From Aeriscardovia sp. (lineage in GTDB: Bacteria; Actinomycetota; Actinomycetes; Actinomycetales; Bifidobacteriaceae): a stretch of DNA of 64,000 nucleotides. The notes beneath the pieces were generated by a model. It was not told the origin of the DNA and searched no databases. It worked only from the letters and a program-made list of their open reading frames with translations. Below are positions 18,915 through 28,452 of this stretch, piece after piece. The position numbers were made by a program, and so were the translations under genes. The DNA is taken from assembly GCA_017413255.1 (NCBI GenBank), contig JAFPUC010000004.1, positions 20,882-84,881 on the forward strand. The letters are read 5' to 3'. Numbering within the stretch: the first letter of the stretch is position 1; every line of letters starts with the position of its first letter.

Positions 18915-20618
18915 TTAGAGTTCTAGAGCGGTTTGCGCCTCCGCCTTTAAAGTCTTTTGCGCTTCGCTTTCCTTTTCTTTGGCCTTCTTTCTCTTTTTTT
19001 CATTGGGGAGAATCCATGAAATCACGCCTCCGCCAAGCAAAATCAGAGAATCGACGCCCAGGGTATTGGAGATTCCCTCGGTAAAGCCTGAATCTATCTT
19101 TTCCTTGAAAGTCTTCTGGAAGGAAGCCGGAGCTTCAAGATATTCCCTGCTCCCTTCCAGCTCCGGGATGGCGCTTCCCGAGCTGTCTATGACCACATTG
19201 TTGATTTCCCTGGAAAATTGATCGGGAAGGTGGAGCTGGCTTACCTTGGGAGGCAAAGTAGCCCAGAGGAAGTCTACAAAAATTATTCCTATTACGGCTA
19301 TGGCAAGGGAAGAGGCCAGCTGGCTTATGGTTGACTTTACCGAACTTCCTTGCCCTGCCTTCAAATCTGGAACGTCAATCATAATGACGCTGGTCAGCTG
19401 GGCCGAAGCAAAGCCCAGGCCTATGCCATAGAGGGCCAGCCAAAGATAGATTAGACCTTCTATGGCTCCATTTCCCGGTCGGATGGTGAAGTAAAACCCG
19501 GCCATGCTTCCGGCTTCAAAGAGAAATCCCGTGGAAATAACGGCTTTAGCGCTGGTGTGCTTAACAAAGGGAGTGGCAAATCCTCCCGAGATGAAGGCTC
19601 CGGAAGCCATTACACAAATCACGTATCCGGTCTCTATGGCTGAAAGCCTGAGTATGTTTTGAAGGTAGAGGGGCAATAGGAAAACGAGGCCGTATTCTCC
19701 CACCGCATTTGCAATGGAAACAATATTTCCAAGAGAAAAACTGCGGTATTTAAAGAGCTTTACGCTCATCAGCGTGCTTTTGCCGCGATCTTCCAGTATT
19801 ACTTCCAGCACTACAAACAGTATCAAGGCTACAATGCCCGCCAAAAATACCCACGGTATTCTGCTGAGGCCCGCGGCCCAGGGCTTAGTGCCGGCCTTGG
19901 GATGCCACCAGCCGTAGTTTTGTCCTTCAATAAGCCCGTAAACGATAAAGACAAATCCGAGGGTGGAAAGGACAAACCCTCCGAAGTCGAACATGCCTTT
20001 GATTTTTTCTCCCCGGCTGTCGGGGATCGCATACCATGCCAGAAGGCCTACAACTCCCGCCGCTATCACGTCAAACCAAAATACCCAGCGCCAGGTTGAA
20101 TAAGTGGTAAAGAGGCCTCCGATGAGAGGGGCTATGCCGGCTGCTACGGCTATGGAAGAACCGTAGGTGGCGAAAGCCATAATCCTGTACTTGCCCTTGA
20201 AGATGGTATTTATCGAAGAGAGAGTGGTGGGAAGAATCATGGCACCTCCCACTCCCTGTATAAACCTTCCTATCAGCAGGGGAGTTAAAGACGGGGCGAG
20301 GGCGGCAACGATGGAGCCGGCCAGAAATACGGCCATGCCTATGAGCATCATTTTCTTTCGCCCGATGTGATCGGCAATCCTGCCGAAGGTTATAAGTAGA
20401 GATGCAAAAACCAGAGAATAAAGGTCCACCACCCATTCCACGGAGGCGAAGCTCAGATGCAGATCCGTCATCATGGCGGGCATGGATACGTCTACGATTG
20501 TCAAATCCATAACAATTATGGACACGGCCATTGCTATGACGAAAAGCACCAGCCACAGGCTTCTGCCGTTTGATGCTACGGCCTTTTCCCTGGGCTTTCC
20601 CTTGGCCTTCTCCTTCAT
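18915..20618 (-). CDS. MFS transporter, DHA2 family (paralog of 16372-18069)
   Basis: 567 aa. GRIADHIGRKKM, IQGVGGAMILP and GLIEGQNYGWW align along the whole length with the other pump. Confidence 0.9.
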   Translation of the reverse strand: MKEKAKGKPREKAVASNGRSLWLVLFVIAMAVSIIVMDLTIVDVSMPAMMTDLHLSFASVEWVVDLYSLVFASLLITFGRIADHIGRKKMMLIGMAVFLAGSIVAALAPSLTPLLIGRFIQGVGGAMILPTTLSSINTIFKGKYRIMAFATYGSSIAVAAGIAPLIGGLFTTYSTWRWVFWFDVIAAGVVGLLAWYAIPDSRGEKIKGMFDFGGFVLSTLGFVFIVYGLIEGQNYGWWHPKAGTKPWAAGLSRIPWVFLAGIVALILFVVLEVILEDRGKSTLMSVKLFKYRSFSLGNIVSIANAVGEYGLVFLLPLYLQNILRLSAIETGYVICVMASGAFISGGFATPFVKHTSAKAVISTGFLFEAGSMAGFYFTIRPGNGAIEGLIYLWLALYGIGLGFASAQLTSVIMIDVPDLKAGQGSSVKSTISQLASSLAIAVIGIIFVDFLWATLPPKVSQLHLPDQFSREINNVVIDSSGSAIPELEGSREYLEAPASFQKTFKEKIDSGFTEGISNTLGVDSLILLGGGVISWILPNEKKRKKAKEKESEAQKTLKAEAQTALEL

Positions 20619-20653
20619 TACACACCTTCTTTACAACTTGAACGAATTAAAAA

Positions 20654-20666
20654 TGACAGTGTGTCA
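20654..20666. promoter_or_regulatory. 13-bp palindrome TGACAgtgTGTCA, a candidate TetR operator upstream of the second MFS gene
   Basis: It is a perfect 5-3-5 palindrome in the 94-nt spacer between the tetR stop and the MFS start. On the minus strand, an extended -10-like TGCTATATT lies just upstream of it. Confidence 0.3.
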
Positions 20667-20712
20667 ATTAATAATAATATAGCACAGGGAGAAAACGGGG
20701 CGGAGCAAAAAA

Positions 20713-21216
20713 TTAGGCTAAGAGCTTTGAAAGGGCGAATCGGAGCCTCTCTATGCACTCTTTGGCGTCGGATCCGTTGTAGATGGATCGTATGGTTTCG
20801 TGGCACAGCAGGGAGATGGCCCATGCAATAGGGCCGGCGCCCTGCTCTCTCCAGATTTCCTGAGTGACTTTAGCGTTGTCCACAAAGGCCCTTGTAAAAA
20901 ATTTCATATACCCTTCCGCTTCGGTAGATCCGACAAAGGTTTTTACAGCTTCGACATATGTTTCAGGCGTGCCCGACTCCAGATTTCCCGGATTGGACAG
21001 ATGCACTCTGCGGATAAGCTCCCGGCAAATATACAAATACGCATCTTTGAGATCTGAAAAATAAACATAGAAAGCGCCCCTGGAGATCCCGGCCCCCTCC
21101 ACAATCCTGCTCACTGTGGCCTCCGCAAGGGGGTAGGAACTGAATTCCTGCAAAAGCGCCTGCTCTATGGCTTCCTTTTTGGAGCTTTTGAGGCGCGTAA
21201 AAGTAGAGGTTGTCAC
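20713..21216 (-). CDS. TetR/AcrR-family transcriptional regulator
   Basis: N-terminal HTH ATVSRIVEGAGISRGAFYVYFSDLKDAY. The protein is 167 aa. It has an ATGA overlap with the mrp stop. Confidence 0.85.
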   Translation of the reverse strand: MTTSTFTRLKSSKKEAIEQALLQEFSSYPLAEATVSRIVEGAGISRGAFYVYFSDLKDAYLYICRELIRRVHLSNPGNLESGTPETYVEAVKTFVGSTEAEGYMKFFTRAFVDNAKVTQEIWREQGAGPIAWAISLLCHETIRSIYNGSDAKECIERLRFALSKLLA

Positions 21217-22415
21217 AAGATTTTATCCGCCTTTATAAGGTCATCTATTTTTTCTGCAAGAGAAGAAAAAAGATGAGCCAAAGGGGTGGATCTAAGAGAG
21301 CCGTCTTCGTTTAAAATAGCCGGCCTCCCTTCATCGCAAAGTATTGAAATATCTGAATCGAGCGGAATTTGGGTCAAAAGGGGAACCTGTCTTCCCGTCG
21401 CCTTAGACACTATTTCGGCCGCCTTCTCCCCTCCCCCTTTTCCAAAGGGGTACTCCTTTTTTCCTTCGCCATCTGAAAAAGACATGTTCTCCACTACTCC
21501 AAGAATCTTTTCATTGAACTTGGAAAATGCCACAGCGCTTCTGGAAGCTACGAGGGAAGCTGAAATCTGCGGGGTAGTGACTAAAAGGCAGGCAGAGGAA
21601 GGAAGCATTTGGGCACAGGAAATCATCATGTCCCCCGTGCCGGGAGGAAGGTCTATTATCAGAATTTCGATGTCGCCCCACAGGGTTTTGTTTATAAATT
21701 GGGAAAAAGCCCTGGAAAGACGGGGGCCCCTCCAAAGTATGGGCTTATTGTCAGGGGCAAACATGCCTAAAGACACCGCCTTTATCCCCCATGCTGATAC
21801 AGGTATCAGCATGGAATCTACGGTTCTCGGCCGCTCGCTTATCCCGAGCATGGAAGAGAGGGAGTAGCCGTACACGTCTGCATCTATAAGGCCGGGGCGC
21901 TTTCCCATGGCTGCGTAGGCAGCTGCAAGATTTACGGCGATCGAAGACTTGCCCACTCCCCCTTTTCCGCTCGCCACCGCCAAAACCGGGATGGAACCGT
22001 CTTGAGGGGAAAAAGCATGCTGGCTCATGAGTTGATCCAGTTTGGCCTTGTCCATTGGGTGAAGCTTTACGGAGGGAATCACTTTGACGAGGGAAGAACC
22101 TATGGTTTCGAGCGCGTCGGCAATCTCGTTTTCCAGTTCCTCCGGCATTTGTCCTTCCTCTCCGGGGATCTCTATGTCTACATTCACTTCATAGGTGGTT
22201 TCCTTGGAGAGGAGAGAGCGGCGCTTTACGGCGCTGATTGAAGAAATCATATCAAAATGAGAGATTTCAATTCCCAGCCTCGGGGAAATAATTCCCTTTA
22301 TTTTTTCAAAGGCCTCCTTTTCTATTTTCAGTTCATCTTTGCCGGAAGCAGGGGCGCATGCCTCTTGCGCGCTTTCACCCTCTCCCTTAGGCCTGGTTTT
22401 TATCCACTTTCCCAC
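21213..22415 (-). CDS. mrp: Mrp/ApbC-family Fe-S cluster carrier ATPase with an N-terminal DUF59-like region
   Basis: Deviant Walker A VASGKGGVGKSS, DLPPGTGD, and a long N-terminal extension, as seen in actinobacterial Mrp. Confidence 0.9.
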   Translation of the reverse strand: MGKWIKTRPKGEGESAQEACAPASGKDELKIEKEAFEKIKGIISPRLGIEISHFDMISSISAVKRRSLLSKETTYEVNVDIEIPGEEGQMPEELENEIADALETIGSSLVKVIPSVKLHPMDKAKLDQLMSQHAFSPQDGSIPVLAVASGKGGVGKSSIAVNLAAAYAAMGKRPGLIDADVYGYSLSSMLGISERPRTVDSMLIPVSAWGIKAVSLGMFAPDNKPILWRGPRLSRAFSQFINKTLWGDIEILIIDLPPGTGDMMISCAQMLPSSACLLVTTPQISASLVASRSAVAFSKFNEKILGVVENMSFSDGEGKKEYPFGKGGGEKAAEIVSKATGRQVPLLTQIPLDSDISILCDEGRPAILNEDGSLRSTPLAHLFSSLAEKIDDLIKADKIL

Positions 22416-24732
22416 TTTGACCCCTCAAAAGCTTTTCAAATTCTTCTTTTCCTATGATCTTAACCCCGAGCTCTTCTGCTTTCGCCAGCTTGGAACCGGG
22501 TTTTTGTCCCGCCAAAAGGTAACTCGTCTTTGAACTTACCGAAGAAGAAACCCGTCCTCCCGCTTTTTCTATCTCCTCTTGCGCCTCGGATCGGCTCATG
22601 CCTTCCAGGGTTCCGGTAATGACAAAAGTCAGGCCTGAAAGGGGGCCGGATGCCATTCTCTTCTCTTTTGATCCGCCGAGGCCGGCCCGAATCCAGGAAG
22701 TAAAAATCCTGCCTTCAAAGCTTTCCGGATCTTTTGCCGATTCAAAATATCCAAAAATTGCCAGAGCTGTTTTTTCTCCTACCCCCTTTACGGATTTAAG
22801 ATCTTCTACTCCCGCTTCTTCGACTTTCTCAATGCTTTCAAAATGGGAAGAGACGAGTTTTGAAGTATTGGGGCCAAGATGCTTTATACACAGCCCCGAA
22901 AGGAAGCGCGCAAGATCTACCCCCCTGGCTTTGTCTATTTGTTCGAGCATTTTTTCCGCATTTGCGCGCAAGATCCCAGATGAGGAACGGAAAATGGGGA
23001 CCCTGTCAAAGTACCCGGATCCACCCACAATGCGTTTTTCCTTTTTTCCCTCTTTTTCAACAGTCCTGACCAGGGGAATTTCCCTCCACACCTCTATCCC
23101 TTTCAGGTCTTTTCCGTTTAGGGAAAACAGATCCGCTTCGCTTGAAAGAACGGGGGACTGGCGCTCGGGAAGAGGAAAAGAAGAGGGGGCCGGGGGTTTC
23201 CCCTCTTCAACCTCCTTAAGGCCGGGGCGGTACAAGTTCGGGGTTTTCGGCCTTCCCTTTTCAGGCCATGCCAGGGCGCACGCGCTTTCTTCCCCCAGCT
23301 CGTCTATGTCGAAAATTTTTCTTCCGGCAATGTAAAGGAGCCTGCCTACAATCTGGGCCGGGCACCCTTCCCTGTTAGGGCAAAACAGATCCACCCCTTC
23401 CCCGTCTTCTCCTTTGACAAGCGGGGTAGAGCAGTAGGGGCATGTAGAGGGCATGGAAAAAGGGCGCACCCGGGAGGGGTCTCTTGCGGAAAGAACGGGG
23501 GAAACGACTTCCGGAATAATGTCTCCCGCCTTTTTAATTACGACGGCGTCGCCTATCATGATCTGCTTTTTTTCCACTACTTCGCCGTTGTGCAGCGTAG
23601 CTCTGGAAACGGTAGATCCCGCCAAAAGGACGGGTTCGAGTTCCGCTATGGGAGTTACTTTCCCTGTGCGGCCCACTTGGACGCTTACGCCCTTCAAAAG
23701 GGTATGGGCCTCCTGGGCCGGGTACTTATAGGCCACGGCCCATCTGGGGGCGTGCGAAGTGGCCCCGAGGACATCCTGAAAGGAAAGGCTGTTTACCTTT
23801 ACCACCATCCCGTCCAAAGGATGCTCCAAAGAATTCCTTTTTTCCCCCAGGCTTTGCGCCATTTGCCATATTCCCGTAAAGGAGGTTTCAAGGGATCTGT
23901 AGGGAGAAACCGGTATCGCGCAATTTTGGTAAAAGTCATAGATTTCGGAAAGGAGGGCGGGGGGATTTTTCGTCCATTTCACCTTCCCCACCCCATGGGC
24001 CAGGAAAGTCAGCCTCCTTAAAGGGTTTTCTCCCAGGTTCTTTTGCCTGAGCGCGCCTGCCGCGGCATTTCTGGGATTTGCAAAGAGGGGCTTGCCTTCT
24101 TTTTCCCTTTCAAGGTTTAGCTCGTTAAAGTCGTCAAACCTCATAAAGACTTCGCCCCTGACTTCAAGAAACGAAGCCCTTCCTTTTACGGCAAGTTTCT
24201 GAGGGATGGATGCGATGGCCATCACATTTTCCGTGATATCTTCCCCCTCCAAACCGTCGCCGCGGGTGGAAGCCGAGGTCAAAATTCCGTCTTCATATAC
24301 AAGATCTACAGCCAGGCCGTCTATTTTAACTTCGCAGCTGACCTGAAGGGCATCTTCATGAAAAACCGAAGCTGTTTGCTCATACCAGTTTTCCAGCTCC
24401 TCTTTGGAAAACACGTCTTCCAGGCTGAGCATCTTGGAGGGGTGGAGAAGTGTTTGGCCCCGGGGCTTTGCCCCAACCTTTTGGGAGAGGGAAGAAGCCA
24501 AAGAAGGCCACAATTCTTCCAGCCTTTTGAAAGCGGCCAGGCGCGCATCGTAAGCGTTATCCGATGCTATGGGATCTTGGGAGTTGTAATAAAGGTCCCT
24601 GTCCCTTTCTATGAAAGCGGCCAGAGCCTTGTGCAGATTTTCCGCTTCCTTTTGGCCAAGTTTTTCCAGATTTATTTCCGATAGGGCCTCCACATCCTGA
24701 TCGGTGCCGAATATGGCGCTTATTTCACTCAT
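22387..24732 (-). CDS. ligA: NAD-dependent DNA ligase
   Basis: Adenylation motif EVKIDGLAV, a four-Cys zinc finger (CPYCSTPL...FCPNREGCPAQ), HhH repeats and a C-terminal BRCT domain (LTFVITGTLEGMSRSEAQEEIEKAGGRV). Confidence 0.95.
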   Translation of the reverse strand: MSEISAIFGTDQDVEALSEINLEKLGQKEAENLHKALAAFIERDRDLYYNSQDPIASDNAYDARLAAFKRLEELWPSLASSLSQKVGAKPRGQTLLHPSKMLSLEDVFSKEELENWYEQTASVFHEDALQVSCEVKIDGLAVDLVYEDGILTSASTRGDGLEGEDITENVMAIASIPQKLAVKGRASFLEVRGEVFMRFDDFNELNLEREKEGKPLFANPRNAAAGALRQKNLGENPLRRLTFLAHGVGKVKWTKNPPALLSEIYDFYQNCAIPVSPYRSLETSFTGIWQMAQSLGEKRNSLEHPLDGMVVKVNSLSFQDVLGATSHAPRWAVAYKYPAQEAHTLLKGVSVQVGRTGKVTPIAELEPVLLAGSTVSRATLHNGEVVEKKQIMIGDAVVIKKAGDIIPEVVSPVLSARDPSRVRPFSMPSTCPYCSTPLVKGEDGEGVDLFCPNREGCPAQIVGRLLYIAGRKIFDIDELGEESACALAWPEKGRPKTPNLYRPGLKEVEEGKPPAPSSFPLPERQSPVLSSEADLFSLNGKDLKGIEVWREIPLVRTVEKEGKKEKRIVGGSGYFDRVPIFRSSSGILRANAEKMLEQIDKARGVDLARFLSGLCIKHLGPNTSKLVSSHFESIEKVEEAGVEDLKSVKGVGEKTALAIFGYFESAKDPESFEGRIFTSWIRAGLGGSKEKRMASGPLSGLTFVITGTLEGMSRSEAQEEIEKAGGRVSSSVSSKTSYLLAGQKPGSKLAKAEELGVKIIGKEEFEKLLRGQSGKVDKNQA

Positions 24733-25894
24733 CGGCTTCGTACATCCTCTGCTGATTTTTTATTCCAATAAGCCTAAAGGGTCCCGAAAAGTACTTTTTA
24801 TCGCACGCATAGTCTTGGGGCGAAGAAGGCGGAAAGTCCGAAAAGATGTGTTCGTACTCGTCCACATCCACCCTTCTTCTTCCCTCTATCATCTTTAAGT
24901 GCCGGGAGGGGGAAAGGCGGGAAGAGTAACCTTCTTTTAGCGTAGCGCTAAACAGCTCGGCCTCAGCTCCGGATCCATAGGAAAAGAAGGCGATCCTGGA
25001 TCCCGGATCCATTGCTTCCCCTTCAAGAAGGCTTAGGAGCGCAAGGTAGAGGGATCCGGAATATATGTTTCCCACGCGTCTGCCGTAGGCTGCCGAAATT
25101 TCAAATCTCTTGGAAAGCCTGGCAAAAGTTTCATCGCTTGCGTCCTTTAAGACCTCTTTTAAAGCCTTAAGCCCCATCTTGGCAAAGGGGAGGTGGAAGA
25201 GGAAAGCTTCAAAATCTTCGGAGCTTTTCTCCGTGTTTTGCCTGTAGCGTTCCCAAAGTTTGGAGAAGAACTCAAGATAAATCTGCATGGAGTATTTTCC
25301 GTTCACCAAGGCGCAGTTGGTGTAAAGCGGCCTCCAAAAATCTGCGGCCTCCGCTGTCATAAAGACGCTGTCGCCCTCGATCGACAGGATTTTGGGATTA
25401 GATGAAATGAGCATGGCCACAGCTCCCGCCCCCTGCGTGACTTCCCCGGCTGTATTTAAGCCATAGCGGGCTACGTCGCTTCCTATGACCAGAACTTTCC
25501 TGTCTTCCCTTCCGGAGACATAGTCAAGAGCCCAAGAAAGAGCTGCAGTGGCGCCGTAGCACGCCTGCTTGACTTCCACGCACCTTATTTCGTCAGGAAG
25601 CCTCAGGAGATCTTTTACGTATACGGCTGCCGCCCTGCTCGCATCCACCGCGCTCTCGGTGCCCAAAAGGACCATATCCAGCCCTTCGAGGCTTTCTCCT
25701 TCCAGCGCATCTTTGGCGGCGGCCGCCGCCAAGCTCACTGCGTCCTGGCTGGAGGGGGCCACGCTTTGCTCCTTTTGCCCTATCCCTATGGTGTACTTGT
25801 CAGGGTCCACTCCCCTCCTGCGGGCAAGATCTCCCATATCCAGATAAAGGCCCGTGGTGGCAAAGCCCATTTTGTCTATTCCGACTTCACTCAT
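24725..25894 (-). CDS. mvaS: Hydroxymethylglutaryl-CoA synthase
   Basis: MSEVGIDKMGFAT N-terminus, catalytic Cys context EVKQACYGATAAL, HLPFAKM and NIYSGSLY. The ORF track extends to 25915. The ATG at 25894 gives an 8-nt overlap with the reductase stop. Confidence 0.9.
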   Translation of the reverse strand: MSEVGIDKMGFATTGLYLDMGDLARRRGVDPDKYTIGIGQKEQSVAPSSQDAVSLAAAAAKDALEGESLEGLDMVLLGTESAVDASRAAAVYVKDLLRLPDEIRCVEVKQACYGATAALSWALDYVSGREDRKVLVIGSDVARYGLNTAGEVTQGAGAVAMLISSNPKILSIEGDSVFMTAEAADFWRPLYTNCALVNGKYSMQIYLEFFSKLWERYRQNTEKSSEDFEAFLFHLPFAKMGLKALKEVLKDASDETFARLSKRFEISAAYGRRVGNIYSGSLYLALLSLLEGEAMDPGSRIAFFSYGSGAEAELFSATLKEGYSSRLSPSRHLKMIEGRRRVDVDEYEHIFSDFPPSSPQDYACDKKYFSGPFRLIGIKNQQRMYEADE

Positions 25895-27191
25895 TTTCAT
25901 CCTCGTCGTCTTCAAAAGCTTCGCCTTCGCGCATTTTGGCGAGCTTAATCTCAGCCTGCCTTACGGTGCGCTTGGGATTGAGCATCATGCGCTTTGCTAC
26001 CTGCCTGATCTCCTTTCCCTGGGCTCCTGCGGCCCTGGCCAGGTTGTAGTCCCTTAACTTCAGATGCCCCTGCGTTATGCCTTCCGTGGCTATACTCCTT
26101 AGGGCTGCCAGATTTTGCACTAGCCCCACGGCTCCAAACACCATCTGGGTCTCCCACAGGTCTTCAGCCCCCAAGATCCTTTGGCACAGCTCCGCCGTTC
26201 CCAGGGTCTTTATGGAAAAGCCCACTTTGCCTATGGCCATGGGCATAGTGAGCCTTCCTATGAGGATTTTTTTGCGCCCTTCCTGCTTGAAGGACCATGT
26301 AGACAGGGGCTTATACTCCCCGTCGTTAGAGGCGTACCAGTGGGCTGCGGCCTCCACGGCGCGCGTGTCGCTTCCATTGGCCAGGGCGCAGGCTACAACC
26401 CCGTTCATAATTCCTTTGTTATGGGTGACGGCCCTGGTGTCATCCATCTCGCTCCAGCGGCTCAGTTCCACAATTTTTTTAGCTACTTTCAGGCCCGACT
26501 CGGTTTTTGTTTCCAGGGTCTTCGGGTCTATATCCACTCCGCACGTCACCGTCTCGGTTTCCGCGTTGGAGAGGATGGCGGCAAGGGGCTTTATCCCCAA
26601 AAGCCCTTCAAGGTACTTTGCTTCGGCCTCGCTTAGCCTGTTGGCTATATTTGCCCCCATAGCTTCTCCGGGCCAAATCCAAAGGCGCACCTTCCAAAAT
26701 TCCTCTTTATGTATGGGGATGCACGAGACCCCTTCAATCCCTCCGTTGTGGTGGGTGAGGTTAGGCACGGCCTTTTGCATGACCCTTACCATGTCTTTGT
26801 AGTGATCTTCCACTTTTGCGGCAAAATCTTCCTGCTGCTCGGCGGGCACCCTTTGAAAAACTATGTCGGCCGGAATTACCCTAAGGGGCCACATGGCGGC
26901 AATGACTCCTCCGTTTTCACGCGCTATTTTGGCCCCGGCGCAGGCTGCAGCCACCACTGACGGCTCTTCGGTGGCCATAGGCACGTTGTATTCCTTATCG
27001 TTTACAGTCAGCCCCCGCAAAAGCCCGATGGGAATGCCCATTATCCCCACCTGGTTTTCTATCATTCCGTCTGCCGCGTATTCACGAAGAAGGGGGCTTA
27101 GACGAAGGAGCCTTGCATCATTGTGGGTGATATAGCCTTCCTTCTCTAGAAAGTTCCTTCTTTCCTGAGGGGAGAGTTCATAAAACTTCAT
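25887..27191 (-). CDS. mvaA: Hydroxymethylglutaryl-CoA reductase (class II, degradative-type fold)
   Basis: EEPSVVAA, EAMGANIAN and THNKGIMNGV are class II HMGR signatures. The protein is 434 aa. Confidence 0.9.
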   Translation of the reverse strand: MKFYELSPQERRNFLEKEGYITHNDARLLRLSPLLREYAADGMIENQVGIMGIPIGLLRGLTVNDKEYNVPMATEEPSVVAAACAGAKIARENGGVIAAMWPLRVIPADIVFQRVPAEQQEDFAAKVEDHYKDMVRVMQKAVPNLTHHNGGIEGVSCIPIHKEEFWKVRLWIWPGEAMGANIANRLSEAEAKYLEGLLGIKPLAAILSNAETETVTCGVDIDPKTLETKTESGLKVAKKIVELSRWSEMDDTRAVTHNKGIMNGVVACALANGSDTRAVEAAAHWYASNDGEYKPLSTWSFKQEGRKKILIGRLTMPMAIGKVGFSIKTLGTAELCQRILGAEDLWETQMVFGAVGLVQNLAALRSIATEGITQGHLKLRDYNLARAAGAQGKEIRQVAKRMMLNPKRTVRQAEIKLAKMREGEAFEDDEDENE

Positions 27192-28345
27192 AACATACTC
27201 ACTTTCATTGAAACTCCCATTCCTCCCCCTACGCAGAGGGAAGCTACTCCGGTTTTAAGGCCGCGGGCTTTGAGGGTATGGATAAGAGTGACAAGGATTC
27301 TGGCCCCGCTGCATCCCAAAGGATGGCCCAGAGCTATAGCTCCCCCCCTCGCATTCACCTTTTCTTCCTCAAGGCCAAGATCTCTTATAACAGCCACGCT
27401 CTGGCTGGCAAAGGCCTCATTGATTTCAAAAAGATCTATATCGCTTAGGGAAAAACCGCCTTTAGCTGAAAGCTTTTGCATGGACAAAGCCGGAGAGTAC
27501 CCCATAAGGGAGGGGTCAAAACCTACCTCTGCAAAGCAGTCTATACGGGCCAGGGCGGAAAGACGGAGATCTTTGGCAAGATCCTCCCTGCAGAGCACCA
27601 GGGCCGCTGCCCCGTCGCTTAAAGGACTGGAATTTCCCGCCGTCACGCTCCCCCCCTCTTTAAAGGACGGCTTTAAGGAGGAAAGCTTTTCCATGGAGGT
27701 TTCCCTTATGCACTCGTCTGTGTCCAACTTCTTCCCCCCGGCTTCCACGGAAATGATTTCCTCTTTAAATTCGCCGAGATCTCTGGCCATGGCGGCCTTT
27801 TTTTGAGAGGAGAGCGCAAAAAGATCCTGTTCTGAACGTGAGACGGAGTATTTATCGGCCACATTTTCCGCAGTAACGCCCATAGCTTGGGCCGAAAAGG
27901 CGTCAGTCAGGCCGTCTTTTTGAAGGCCGTCACAGGCCTGCATGGGGCCGTATTTTTTCCCCCACCTTAAGTTCATATAGAAGGGGGCCTGACTCATAGA
28001 TTCGGCCCCTCCAACCAGGACGGCGTCGCTTTCGCCCAGCGCTATTTGAGCTGCGCCAATCTTTACGGCCGCCATGCCCGATCCGCACACCTGGTTTACG
28101 GTAAGGGCGCACGAGGAGAGAGAAAGGCGGGAAGAAAGCGCGATCTGACGGGCCAGATTTTGGCCCGCCCCCGCTTGCACGGCATTTCCCCACACACACC
28201 TTTCCACCCTTTCAGGGTCGAGGCCGCTTCTTTCGATTGCAGCAAGGGCGCAGGGCACAGAAAGCTCCAGAGATGACTTATCTTTAAACATGCCACCGAA
28301 TTTGCCTATTGCCGTCCTGACGGCGCTCAAAACCACGACTCCCAC
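27188..28345 (-). CDS. Acetyl-CoA C-acetyltransferase (thiolase II)
   Basis: NQVCGSGM (nucleophilic Cys), GHPLGCSGARI and CVGGGMG. The start is GTG, with AGGAG 8 nt upstream. It has an ATGA overlap with the reductase gene. Confidence 0.9.
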   Translation of the reverse strand: MGVVVLSAVRTAIGKFGGMFKDKSSLELSVPCALAAIERSGLDPERVERCVWGNAVQAGAGQNLARQIALSSRLSLSSCALTVNQVCGSGMAAVKIGAAQIALGESDAVLVGGAESMSQAPFYMNLRWGKKYGPMQACDGLQKDGLTDAFSAQAMGVTAENVADKYSVSRSEQDLFALSSQKKAAMARDLGEFKEEIISVEAGGKKLDTDECIRETSMEKLSSLKPSFKEGGSVTAGNSSPLSDGAAALVLCREDLAKDLRLSALARIDCFAEVGFDPSLMGYSPALSMQKLSAKGGFSLSDIDLFEINEAFASQSVAVIRDLGLEEEKVNARGGAIALGHPLGCSGARILVTLIHTLKARGLKTGVASLCVGGGMGVSMKVSML

Positions 28346-28452
28346 TTTTTTCTCCTTTTTTTCATTTTATTATCACTGTCTTTTTTAACAATTTTGGAGC
28401 CGGAAAAAAGGGAAACACGTTTTCGACTTGAAGAGAGGGAAAAATATGGAGA

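Noticed and set aside
20071-20625. 184-aa Arg/His-rich minus-strand ORF.
   Set aside because: It is an alternative frame inside the second MFS transporter gene. The MFS frame has clear family motifs along its full length.
22598-23335. 245-aa plus-strand ORF. There are similar long antisense ORFs at 26077-26802, 37614-38234, 61645-62313 and 63104-63739.
   Set aside because: Each is fully embedded antisense in a confidently identified gene (ligA, HMG-CoA reductase, rnj, rpsC, rplB). None has a recognisable motif.
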